A model generated the notes under the pieces. That model saw only the letters and a program-made list of their open reading frames with translations. It did not search any database and was not told the origin of the DNA. Made by a program: the position numbers and the translations under genes. This document shows, one piece after another, positions 53,929-62,998 of a DNA stretch of 64,000 bases (position 1 is the stretch's first letter; every line of letters starts with the position of its first letter). Source of the stretch: Acidobacteriota bacterium (GTDB lineage: Bacteria; Acidobacteriota; Vicinamibacteria; Vicinamibacterales; JAKQTR01); NCBI GenBank assembly GCA_026393675.1, contig JAPKZQ010000030.1, forward strand, positions 12,575 to 76,574. The letters are read 5' to 3'.

Positions 53929-53978
53929 TAATCACTCCCGGAGTGTTTGTGCCGGCGCAACCACTCCGGGAGTGATTA
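53929..53978. repeat. Perfect 17-bp-stem hairpin carrying the TAATCACTCCCGGAGTG motif
   Basis: taatcactcccggagtg (53929-53945) pairs with cactccgggagtgatta (53962-53978) around a 16-nt loop. The motif is shared with 19641-19712. Confidence 0.85.
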
Positions 53979-53982
53979 TCGG

Positions 53983-54007
53983 GGCACGGCGCCGCCCGCG
54001 CCGTGCC
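53983..54007 (-). terminator. GC-rich hairpin abutting the stop codon of the GT39 gene (terminator-like, no U-tract)
   Basis: ggcacggcgc (53983-53992) pairs with gcgccgtgcc (53998-54007) around a 5-nt loop. It lies directly at the TAG stop (54009-54007) of the minus-strand gene. Confidence 0.4.
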
Positions 54008-55701
54008 TACTGACGTGCGCGGTTGGTCACCACCACCAGATTCGGCAGTGGTCCCCGGTCGAAGAAATCCCGGAGTTGTGCGTCGAAACGCGGCGAGGCG
54101 GCCAGGACAGACGTGGGCACGCCGATCAACGTCTTGATCGGCTCGTATTCTTCTTGCCGCATCACACAGTACGCAACGGAGGGGCTCTTGAAAAACGTGG
54201 ATACCTCCGACACGTCGAACATCTGGTCGACGTGCCGCCGAAGGTAGAACGTCAGGCTGGGCGTGGCCACGCGGTAGGTGCCAACGCGGGCGCCAGGCAC
54301 TGCAGCCTGTTGGATGGCGCGCGCCAAGTGCGGCACGGGCTTGTAGCGTTCGAAATCGGGCAGCGCCCACAGGACCAGCACCCAGTGGCAGATGACCAGC
54401 GCCGCGCCGATCGCGGCGCACGCGGTCGCGGCGGACCGCCTGGCCAGAGCGACCAGCGCCACCGCCGACCCGACGCACAGCACGACGCCCGTGGCTGTGG
54501 CCCCAGCGAGGTGGATGCGATCTTCAGCGCCGCCGACGAACCACACGATGGCGCTTCCCAACACCAGCAGCACGACGGCGACCACACCCAGGCTCCACGT
54601 TGCAGCCGCGGTCAGTCGCGGAGACAGCGCCTTCCTGAACAATCCGTCCAGCACGCCGCCGACAAGCGGCGCGGCCGCGACGACGCACGGCAGGATGTAC
54701 AGATCCTGCTGCGCCTTCGAGAGCGAGAAGAACACGACGATGAGGATGATCCAGAGGCCCAGCAGCAGACGAACCGTCTCCTGCGAAATCGGATCGTTCA
54801 CCCCGCCGTCGCCGTGATGTTCGGGGCGCCCGCGCCATAGGCGACGCCACGGCACGACTGCGAGGCCGACCGGCAGCAGGAGCGACCACGGGAAGTACAG
54901 ATCGGCAAACAGGACCGGCAGATAGAACAGCGGCCCGCGGCTCGGGGCCCCGATCCCCTCGGCGTACCGTGCCAGATTCTCGCGCATCAGAAACGTCGAG
55001 ATGGCGTCCCAGCCATGCTGCCCGCAGAGCAACGCGTAGTACGGCACGACGATCGCCGAGACCACGACGGCGCCGGCCGGCAGCATCATGCGCGTGATGC
55101 TCATGAGTCGCCGGGAGGCGACCAGGTAAACCAGGAACACCAATGCAGGCAGGACAATGGCGACGGGACCCTTCGTGATCACGCCGAGACCGGTCGCCAC
55201 GTACATCGCGAACAGCCACCGGCGCCGACGCTGCGGCTGCGTCTCGGCCAACACGAAGAATAGCAGCGTCAGCCCCAGGAACATGGCCGCATAGACGTCG
55301 ATGATGATGCGCCTGGAGAACAGCAGGAACCGCGGCGTCGCCGCCAGCGTCAGCGCGGCGAGCAAGCCAGCGCTGGTCGAACACGCCATCCGACCCAGCA
55401 CGAACACCGTCGCGAGGATGACGAGGGCGCCCACGACGACCGGAAGCCGCGCGGAGGCCAGCGACACCCCGAAGATCTTGTAGGAGGCGGCGACGGCCCA
55501 GTACGAGAGCGGCGGCTTGTTGAGGCGCGGCTCGTAGTTGAACGTGGGATTGACGTAGTCGCCCGCTTCCATCATCTCGCGAGGCGTCTCGGTGTAGAAC
55601 GCCTCGTTGGCATCGATGATGGACGTCGCGCCGAGATTCAGGAAGTACGGCAGCAGAGCCGCCACGAAGAGCAGAATCAGCGCTACGCGCCGCGAACCCA
55701 T
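54007..55701 (-). CDS. GT39/ArnT-like (PMT_2) membrane glycosyltransferase (564 aa)
   Basis: The likely ATG is 55701 (MGSRRVALILLFVAALLPYF). The conserved N-terminal loop ANEAFYTETPREMMEAGDYVNPTFNYEPRLNKPPLSYW is typical of ArnT/PMT_2 enzymes. It has about 12 TM helices. Confidence 0.82.
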   Translation of the reverse strand: MGSRRVALILLFVAALLPYFLNLGATSIIDANEAFYTETPREMMEAGDYVNPTFNYEPRLNKPPLSYWAVAASYKIFGVSLASARLPVVVGALVILATVFVLGRMACSTSAGLLAALTLAATPRFLLFSRRIIIDVYAAMFLGLTLLFFVLAETQPQRRRRWLFAMYVATGLGVITKGPVAIVLPALVFLVYLVASRRLMSITRMMLPAGAVVVSAIVVPYYALLCGQHGWDAISTFLMRENLARYAEGIGAPSRGPLFYLPVLFADLYFPWSLLLPVGLAVVPWRRLWRGRPEHHGDGGVNDPISQETVRLLLGLWIILIVVFFSLSKAQQDLYILPCVVAAAPLVGGVLDGLFRKALSPRLTAAATWSLGVVAVVLLVLGSAIVWFVGGAEDRIHLAGATATGVVLCVGSAVALVALARRSAATACAAIGAALVICHWVLVLWALPDFERYKPVPHLARAIQQAAVPGARVGTYRVATPSLTFYLRRHVDQMFDVSEVSTFFKSPSVAYCVMRQEEYEPIKTLIGVPTSVLAASPRFDAQLRDFFDRGPLPNLVVVTNRARQ

Positions 55702-55724
55702 GGCGTCATCGTACCACCTTCGCG

Positions 55725-58049
55725 TCACGCTCCTGGCCTGTGCTGACGGCGCTCGCGCGCGTCCAGGCCGAAGCCCGCCACCAGCACCACCAGGCCGACG
55801 ACCACCAGCATCATGGCCCACGCGGGCTTATCAAACCACTTGTAGTGATCGGCAATCATCCAGAAGGCGACGCCGCTGTTGACGAGTCCCGCGTAGTAGA
55901 AGCTCTTGCGCTGCCGCCGGTGGCTGACGAGCGCAATCACGAGCGCCAGACCGAGGTACGACCAGTCGAACACCCGCGAGTACTCCGCGGTCTCATTCAG
56001 ATAGGCCAGCGGCTCGAGGATGGCAAACGGCGACAGCGTGAACAGGAGCCAGGCGGCCGTTTTCATGGGTTCGGTGCCGCGGGCGTCAGCGGCCGAGGCG
56101 CACGTATAGAACAACACGCCGTTGAGCGACATCCCGGCCAGCGTATCGAGCAGGAGCGGGTCGCTCACGCGCCCGGACTGGAACCGCTGCAGCGAGAGGC
56201 CTCCAAGGTAACTGACAAGCTTGCCATCGAGCGCCAGCAGTTCCATGACGATCACGAGCGACAGGCCCGCTCCCGTATAGAGCGGCCCGCTGAACCAGGC
56301 TCTGCCGCTTCGCTCGAGTCCAAACCCGAACAGCGCGTAGATCGGCACGAGCGGCAGCAGGTGCAGCGCGAGGCGGTCCCACTGGCTCTTCTCGATCCAC
56401 ACACGCAAGCCGAAATCCCCCAGCACGGACAGTACAAACAGCAGCGCAAGCAGGGTGAACACCGTGCTCAGCGCGATCGTGCGCGTCCGCAGCGCCAGCC
56501 AGGCCGACCACGCCCACGCCACCAGCACGGTGACCTGCAACTGCAGGTTCGACACGCCCGAACTGAACAGCTGGCCCGGCGTGCCGTCCGGCACAACCCA
56601 GAGTTTCGTTTCGTGGAACAGGATGAGCAGGAACAGCGGCAGCAGGCTGACGCCGCCAAGGTAGAACGCCACCGACACGGCCTTGTGGTCGCGGCGCGCC
56701 AGCACGTGCGCGGCGACGTTGAGGCCGATAAACGGCAGGCCAAGCACGACGAACGGTTCGGCCACGCCCGTGACGGCTTCGTAGAACCGATGCGCGCCGA
56801 AGTAGAACAGGCTGCCGCACATCAACGTGAACGCCCCGAGGTAGAGGGCGATCTGCGAGTAGGACAGCGAGCGGCTTTCGCCAATCCAATCGTCCTCGCG
56901 CCGGTCGAGGTGCCGGTATGCCGTTCTCAGGGTCGCCGCCTCGTGCGCGTAGATCAGTTTCAGACGGAGCCAATCTTCAATCTGCTGCAGGTGCGGCCGC
57001 ACGCGCGTCGCCAGCACCGACACGTACTGGCTCGGACGCGCGAACACGGGCCGGCCTTCCAGGTAACGCCCCAGATCGAGCGCCATCTCGTGGGCCGAGG
57101 GATAGCGGTCCCTGGGATCATGCTCGAGCGCTTTGAGCGCAATTGCCTGTAACGGTTCCGGCGCGGACGGTTCGATCTCGACCGGCAAGCGTGGTGTTCC
57201 GGCGCGCACGGCCGCGAGCAACTCCGCCTCGTCGCGCCCCTCGAATGGCGGAAGCCCGCAGAGCAGTTCGTACAGCACGGCCCCAAGCGCATACACGTCG
57301 GTGCGTCGGTCGATCGCCATCGACGGGTCGAGTTGCTCGGGCGCCAGGTACCGGGGCGTGCCGCGAAAGTGCCCGCGTGCCGGGTCGCCGGCGCTGAGGC
57401 CAAAGTCCAGGATTCTCGGCCGCAACTGCGCATCGAGCATGATGTTGGCGGGCTTGAGGTCGCGATGCTGCAGCCCGAGCGTGTGGGCGTTGTGAATGGC
57501 CTCGCAGACCTCCTTGAGGATGCGGGCCCGCTGCGGGTACTCGAGCGACGGCCCGATCTTGCCCAGCTCGAAGCCATCCACGTACTCCATGATCAGCACC
57601 GGCGGCGTCGAGTCGGGCCTGAACTCGTAGATCTGGACGATGCGCCGATCCTGGAACAGTGCGAGCGTGCGAGCCTCCTTCAGAAAATCGTTGAGGCTCA
57701 CCGCCCGGTGACGATCGGTTCGCACGACCTTGGCGGCCACCATGCGGTCGAGTCTGAGGTCGTGGAGTTTGTAGACCTCACCCATGCCGCCGGCGGCGAT
57801 GCGCTCAATGGTCCTGAAGCCCTCGAAGGCGGGCAGGGCGGTCTCCTGCAGCGCGTCGAGCGCGTCGACCGCGTCTCCCGCCTGTTCGAGTGTGCTGCAG
57901 ACCTTCAGGTACTCCTCGATAAGGATGGCGAGCGGCGCGGCCAGTTCGGGCCGGTCGGCGCACACGACGGCCGGGTCGAGTGTCCTGCCGTCGGCCACGT
58001 GATGCGCGACCCAACGCTCAAAACGAGCCTCGAGATCCGGGTCGGTCAT
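55725..58049 (-). CDS. Ser/Thr protein kinase with a large C-terminal polytopic membrane domain (774 aa)
   Basis: Hanks kinase motifs are present: GGMGEVYK, AAK, HRDLKPANIML, DFGLS, APE. About 10 predicted TM helices follow residue ~400. Confidence 0.9.
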   Translation of the reverse strand: MTDPDLEARFERWVAHHVADGRTLDPAVVCADRPELAAPLAILIEEYLKVCSTLEQAGDAVDALDALQETALPAFEGFRTIERIAAGGMGEVYKLHDLRLDRMVAAKVVRTDRHRAVSLNDFLKEARTLALFQDRRIVQIYEFRPDSTPPVLIMEYVDGFELGKIGPSLEYPQRARILKEVCEAIHNAHTLGLQHRDLKPANIMLDAQLRPRILDFGLSAGDPARGHFRGTPRYLAPEQLDPSMAIDRRTDVYALGAVLYELLCGLPPFEGRDEAELLAAVRAGTPRLPVEIEPSAPEPLQAIALKALEHDPRDRYPSAHEMALDLGRYLEGRPVFARPSQYVSVLATRVRPHLQQIEDWLRLKLIYAHEAATLRTAYRHLDRREDDWIGESRSLSYSQIALYLGAFTLMCGSLFYFGAHRFYEAVTGVAEPFVVLGLPFIGLNVAAHVLARRDHKAVSVAFYLGGVSLLPLFLLILFHETKLWVVPDGTPGQLFSSGVSNLQLQVTVLVAWAWSAWLALRTRTIALSTVFTLLALLFVLSVLGDFGLRVWIEKSQWDRLALHLLPLVPIYALFGFGLERSGRAWFSGPLYTGAGLSLVIVMELLALDGKLVSYLGGLSLQRFQSGRVSDPLLLDTLAGMSLNGVLFYTCASAADARGTEPMKTAAWLLFTLSPFAILEPLAYLNETAEYSRVFDWSYLGLALVIALVSHRRQRKSFYYAGLVNSGVAFWMIADHYKWFDKPAWAMMLVVVGLVVLVAGFGLDARERRQHRPGA

Positions 58050-58627
58050 GCCAGCTCCCGCAGCTTCAGGGTGAGCGCCACCATCGCGCGAGCCAGCAGC
58101 ATCCGGCAGGCGTCCTCGGTTCGTCCCATGCGCGCGGCGATTTCCTTGAAGCTGAGTTCCTCGAGTTTCCTCAGGACGACGACCTCGCGATAATCCGCGT
58201 CGAGCGCTTCCAGCGCGGCTTCCAGGCGCGTGGCCTCTTCGCCAATGGCCACCTGGCTGAACGCAGACCGCACGCGGGTCGCCATGACCTCATGGATCTG
58301 GTCGAGCGGAATCGACGCGGCGATGTCGCGGCGCTGCCGGTGCTGGAAATCGGCCTGATCGCGAATCTCGTTCTCGGCGATGCGCGCGAGCCAGGCCATC
58401 AGGGTTGCGCCATCACCGCCGGCAAACTGGTCCAGTCGCTCGAACGACCTGAGGAGCGTGGACTGCAGGATGTCGCGCGACTCCATCCGGCTCCGCAAAT
58501 CACGGCCCATCCGGATCCGGATGACGGCGAGTAACCGGCCGGACACCCGCTGGTAGAGGCGACCGAGCGCTTCGGCCGAACCGGCCTTGGCGGCCATCAA
58601 CAGCGCGGTGCTCTCCTCCCTTGTCAT
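58046..58627 (-). CDS. ECF-type RNA polymerase sigma-70 family factor
   Basis: The likely ATG is 58627. Region 2 (DILQSTLLRSFERL) and region 4 (VVVLRKLEELSFKEIAARMGRTEDACRMLLARA) are present. Its stop overlaps the kinase start by 4 nt. Confidence 0.85.
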   Translation of the reverse strand: MTREESTALLMAAKAGSAEALGRLYQRVSGRLLAVIRIRMGRDLRSRMESRDILQSTLLRSFERLDQFAGGDGATLMAWLARIAENEIRDQADFQHRQRRDIAASIPLDQIHEVMATRVRSAFSQVAIGEEATRLEAALEALDADYREVVVLRKLEELSFKEIAARMGRTEDACRMLLARAMVALTLKLRELA

Positions 58628-58752
58628 GGCGGGCACCACACTACCACCGGGATGCACGGGCGGGAAAGTCGAATCCGTGGGATTGGGCAGGGTGCGTTCG
58701 GTTCACCCTGCGGCTGCCGTCTTCAATGATAGGGAGGAGAAAGGACACAACC

Positions 58753-59394
58753 ATGAGACACAAGACACTCGCACTGCTGCTCGTCGCGGTCGTTCCGCTG
58801 GTCGCCTGCCTCCAGAAGGACACGAGCACCACGATCTACATCCGGAACGACGGGACGATTGAGTGGGCCGTGCTCGACCAGAACGTCCGCTCCGACGAAG
58901 ACGACTCCGGCAAGCGCTTCAACGAGGAGCAGGCCTACATTGACGCCATCCTGGGTGGAACCGACAGCCTCACCATGGGCTTCCGCACGCTCGGCGGGAC
59001 GAACATCCGGTCGGTGGTTCTCCGGGACCGCGCGCCGTTCGCCACGCTGCGGTCAGCCGACTTCGAGCACCTCAACCAGGTGTGGGAGCGCGCGTTGAAG
59101 TCGTGCCAGGTCCCGCACCGCCTCGAGTTGAAGACCGACGGCCTCGTCACCACCTGGACGATGGCGATCCGGGTCGACCCGGAGCCGGAGTCGTCCTCCG
59201 GCTGCGACGCCGACGCGGTCGGGGCGGTGTGGTCGACAGACCACCTGCGCGTCATGCTCGAGTCGGGCAAGTTTTTGTCGGCCGCGGGTTTTAAGATCCT
59301 CTCGGCCGACAGCGTCGAAAGCGAGGAGGTCGCCGACGATACCATCAAGAAGAACGACGGCGTGCTGGTGTTCTCGCTGACATGGAAGAAGTGA
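58753..59394 (+). CDS. Hypothetical lipoprotein (213 aa)
   Basis: ATG at 58753 has GGGAGGAGAAAGG upstream. A lipobox-like signal (LLLVAVVPLVAC) is present. I recognise no domain. Confidence 0.65.
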   Translation: MRHKTLALLLVAVVPLVACLQKDTSTTIYIRNDGTIEWAVLDQNVRSDEDDSGKRFNEEQAYIDAILGGTDSLTMGFRTLGGTNIRSVVLRDRAPFATLRSADFEHLNQVWERALKSCQVPHRLELKTDGLVTTWTMAIRVDPEPESSSGCDADAVGAVWSTDHLRVMLESGKFLSAAGFKILSADSVESEEVADDTIKKNDGVLVFSLTWKK

Positions 59395-59475
59395 AGGCGT
59401 GTAGAATATTGCGTCTCACGCGCAGTGCCCGGCCGCCCCCACCGCGCACGCACGGTCTCGACAGGAGGACTCGGC

Positions 59476-61179
59476 ATGAAGGCACTCCGGCAGGCGACAC
59501 TCGTCTGTAGCATCGTCCTGGGCGTCAGCACCTTGAACGCCCCTGCGCCGCACGCGGCTGCGGCCAACCCGCTGCTGGCCATCCTGCAGTCGGAGTTGGC
59601 GCGCAATTTCGACATCCTGAAGAAAGAGCCGGTGCCACCGTACTTCATCAGCTACTCGGTCACCGATACCCGCTCCACGACGATCAGCGCGGCGTTCGGC
59701 GCGATCGAACAGAGCTCCGAGAACCGGTTCCGGCGGCTGACCGCCGATGTGCGGGTTGGCAGCTACGAGCTCGACAGCACGCACCAGGTGCGTGGCGGAA
59801 TGAGCGGCGGCCCGCGCTACTCACTGGTCTCGCTGCCCCTGACCGACGATGAGCTGCCCATCCGGGCTGTCGTCTGGCGGACGACCGACAGCCGCTACAA
59901 GCCGGCGGTCGAAGCGTTGTCCCGCGTGAAGACCAACATCGCCACCAAGGTGAAGGAAGAGTCGCCCTCAGCGGACTTGTCGAAGGAGCCGCCCCAGACA
60001 TTCATCGGCCAGCCCGCCGCCTACACGATCGACGTGAAGGAATGGGAAGGCCGGCTCCGCCGCATCACGGCGCCGTTTGCCGAGGACCCGCTGATCTTCA
60101 TGGCGGATGCCGGCCTCAGCGCCGAGGCGCGGACGACCTACTTCGTCAGCACCGAAGGCAGCCAGCTGCTCCAAGGCACGACGACGTGGCGGCTCTACAT
60201 CCAGAGCCTGACGAAGGCCGCCGACGGGATGGAGCTGCCGCTCTACGTCTCGTACCAGGCCACATCGCAGGCCGGGTTGCCGAGCGAGGCCCAGATGCTG
60301 GCGGACGTGCGGACGCTGATGAAGCAGTCCGCCGCGCTGCGCGCGGCACCGGTGGTCGAGCCGTTCTCCGGACCGGCCATCTTGTCGGGACGATCGGCGG
60401 CCGTGTTCTTCCACGAGATCTTCGGCCACCGCGTCGAAGGGTCGCGGCAGAAAAACGTCGACGACTCGCAGACGTTCACCAAGAAGATCGGCCAGCAGAT
60501 CCTGCCAGCCTTCATAAGCGTCACGTTCGACCCGACGCTGCGGAAGGCCGCGGGCCAGGACCTCGCCGGCTACTACGCCTACGATGACGAGGGTGTCACG
60601 GCGCAGCGCGTGACGGTGGTCGACAAGGGCGTCCTGAAGACCTTCCTCATGAGTCGCACGCCGCTCGCCGGCTTCCCGCAGTCGAACGGCCACGGGCGGG
60701 CCCAGACGGGGTACGCCCCTGCGTCGCGCCAGTCCAACCTGATTGTCGAGTCCACCATGTCCATGCCCCACGACGCGTTGATGGCCAGGCTCAAGCAGGA
60801 GATCAAGGCGCAAGGCAAGCCGTTCGGGCTGCTGTTCGACAACATCGAGGGCGGTTTCACGTTCACGTCGCGGACGCTCCCGAATGCGTTCACCGTGCTG
60901 CCGACGCTGGTCTACCGGATCTACCCGGACAACCGGACGCCGGAGCTCGTCCGCGGCGTCGACATGATCGGCACGCCGCTCTCCGCGTTCGCGAAAATCG
61001 TCGCCACCAGCGACAAGCCCGAGGTGTTCAACGGCATGTGCGGCGCCGAGAGCGGAAGCGTGCCGGTGGCGGCTGTCTCGCCGGCGCTGCTCGTCAGCGA
61101 GGTGGAAGTCCAGAAGAAGACGCAGTCGCAGGAGATGCTGCCGATTCTCCCTGCGCCCGAGCGGAAGAAGCAGAACTGA
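59476..61179 (+). CDS. Secreted TldD/PmbA-family metallopeptidase (567 aa)
   Basis: ATG at 59476 has AGGAGGA upstream, followed by a signal peptide. The TldD-type HExxGHxxE-like motif FHEIFGHRVEG is present, along with the glycine-rich C-terminal region (MCGAESGSVPV). Confidence 0.8.
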   Translation: MKALRQATLVCSIVLGVSTLNAPAPHAAAANPLLAILQSELARNFDILKKEPVPPYFISYSVTDTRSTTISAAFGAIEQSSENRFRRLTADVRVGSYELDSTHQVRGGMSGGPRYSLVSLPLTDDELPIRAVVWRTTDSRYKPAVEALSRVKTNIATKVKEESPSADLSKEPPQTFIGQPAAYTIDVKEWEGRLRRITAPFAEDPLIFMADAGLSAEARTTYFVSTEGSQLLQGTTTWRLYIQSLTKAADGMELPLYVSYQATSQAGLPSEAQMLADVRTLMKQSAALRAAPVVEPFSGPAILSGRSAAVFFHEIFGHRVEGSRQKNVDDSQTFTKKIGQQILPAFISVTFDPTLRKAAGQDLAGYYAYDDEGVTAQRVTVVDKGVLKTFLMSRTPLAGFPQSNGHGRAQTGYAPASRQSNLIVESTMSMPHDALMARLKQEIKAQGKPFGLLFDNIEGGFTFTSRTLPNAFTVLPTLVYRIYPDNRTPELVRGVDMIGTPLSAFAKIVATSDKPEVFNGMCGAESGSVPVAAVSPALLVSEVEVQKKTQSQEMLPILPAPERKKQN

Positions 61180-61190
61180 GGGAGACCGCC

Positions 61191-62951
61191 ATGAAGAGAT
61201 CTGTGACGACAGCGATCCTGATCGGCGCCTGCTTCTGCGTGGCCCCGGCGCCTCAGGCCCGGCAGGCCCAGCAGTCCCCGATCGTGCAGGCGATGCAGGA
61301 GGAGATGACGCGGGCGATGAACGGCCTCCGGCTGCCGAACGAGCCGCCGCCCTACTACGTCGCGTACCTGATCACCGAGTCCGCCAGCGAGGCCATCACC
61401 GCGACGCTTGGCAGCCTGATCAGCGAGTACTCGTCCCGCAGCCGCACGCTGAGGGTCGAGGTCCGCGTCGGCGACTACAACCTGGACAGCTCGCGGTTTC
61501 AGGCGCTCAGCCGCGACCCGGGCATGTTGTCCATGTACGGCCAGTTCGCCCTCGCACTCCCGCTCGACGACGATTACGCGGTGATGCGCCGGGAGATGTG
61601 GCTCGCCACCGATGGCGCGTACAAACGCGCGGTCCAGACGCTGGCGAAGAAGAAGGCCGCGGCGCAGACCCTCGCGGCCGAGCCCAATCCGATCCCGGAT
61701 TTCTCCCGCGAGACGCCCGCCCAGACGTTCCTTCCTGCCTCGCCGCTGTCGCCGAAGCTGCGGGGTTGGCTCGAGGACGTGAAGAGGATTTCCAGCGTGT
61801 TCCTCAAGCACCCGGACATCGACTCGTCCAACGTGTCGATCGGCCAGTCACAGGGCATGCGCTACTTCCTGAACAGCGAGGGGTTCAAGGTTGTCGAGCC
61901 GATCCGCTCGGCTTCTTTCCAGGTGGGCGCCGGGACGCAGGCGATCGACGGGATGGCTCTGCGCGACTACATCGAGCACAGCGGCCGCACCGTGGACGAC
62001 CTTCCCTCCGCCGCCGACCTGCTGGCGCGCACTGAAGCCCTGGCGTCGTCACTGACCGCGCTGCGCCTGACGAAGGTCGGCGACGAGTTCACGGGGCCGG
62101 TGCTGGTCGAAGGCCAAGCCTCGCCGGCGCTGATGAGCACCACGCTGGTGCCGCTCTTCCTGAGCCAGCGCGCGCCGGAAATGGAGTCGACCGGCGGCCC
62201 CCCGCCGCGATTCCCCACGCCGCCGTTCCTCAACCGGATCGGTTCGCGCGTCCTGCCGGAGTCGTTCTCGGTCAACGACACGCCGTCGGTCAAGAAGTTT
62301 GGCGACGCGGTCGTCATCGGTTCATACGCCGTCGACGATGACGGCGTCCCCGCGCAGGACGTCGCGCTCGTCAAGGACGGCCGCCTGCTGACGCTGCTCA
62401 CCGGCCGCACGCCGCAGAAAGACCTCCTGCGCTCGAACGGGCACGGCCGGACGGGCAACTCGCAGGCTGGCGTGTTCCAGATGGAAAGCAGCAAGGCGGT
62501 GCCTGCCAGCGAGCTGAAGCCCAGGTACCTCGAGCTGCTGAAGCAGCAAAGCCGGCCATTCGGCTACATCGTGCGGACGGTGAGCAGGTCGGGCGTGATG
62601 CCGAGCTTCGGGCGCGGCGGCGCGGGGGGCGCACAGCTCGGGCCACAGATCCTGAGCGTGGTAAAGGTGCTGCCCGATGGCACCGAGCAGGCCGTCCGGG
62701 GGCTCGTGTTCGCGAACGTGCAATACACGACGTTCAAGAACATCCTGGAAGCTTCGCGCGAGCGGACGCTCTACTCGACGACGGCTGTCGCCTCGTCGAA
62801 CGGCATCCCCACACTGCCAGGTGGCACGTCAATGATGGCCGCCATGATCTCCCTGATCGTGCCGAGCGTGATCTTCGAGGAGGTTGAGATCCAGGCCGAG
62901 AAGGGCCCGGCGCCGAAGCCGCCGATTGTGCCATCGCCGCTCAAGAAGTAG
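61191..62951 (+). CDS. Secreted TldD/PmbA-family protein, second paralogue (586 aa), lacking an obvious HExxxH motif
   Basis: ATG at 61191 has GGGAGA upstream, followed by a signal peptide. Its length and pattern are collinear with the upstream paralogue (YYVAYL..., DDDGVPAQ, LLRSNGHGR). It starts 11 nt after the previous stop. Confidence 0.75.
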   Translation: MKRSVTTAILIGACFCVAPAPQARQAQQSPIVQAMQEEMTRAMNGLRLPNEPPPYYVAYLITESASEAITATLGSLISEYSSRSRTLRVEVRVGDYNLDSSRFQALSRDPGMLSMYGQFALALPLDDDYAVMRREMWLATDGAYKRAVQTLAKKKAAAQTLAAEPNPIPDFSRETPAQTFLPASPLSPKLRGWLEDVKRISSVFLKHPDIDSSNVSIGQSQGMRYFLNSEGFKVVEPIRSASFQVGAGTQAIDGMALRDYIEHSGRTVDDLPSAADLLARTEALASSLTALRLTKVGDEFTGPVLVEGQASPALMSTTLVPLFLSQRAPEMESTGGPPPRFPTPPFLNRIGSRVLPESFSVNDTPSVKKFGDAVVIGSYAVDDDGVPAQDVALVKDGRLLTLLTGRTPQKDLLRSNGHGRTGNSQAGVFQMESSKAVPASELKPRYLELLKQQSRPFGYIVRTVSRSGVMPSFGRGGAGGAQLGPQILSVVKVLPDGTEQAVRGLVFANVQYTTFKNILEASRERTLYSTTAVASSNGIPTLPGGTSMMAAMISLIVPSVIFEEVEIQAEKGPAPKPPIVPSPLKK

Positions 62952-62998
62952 ACTGCCGGAATCTCCTCCGGACGTGCCGCCCCCGACTGGAACGCGAC

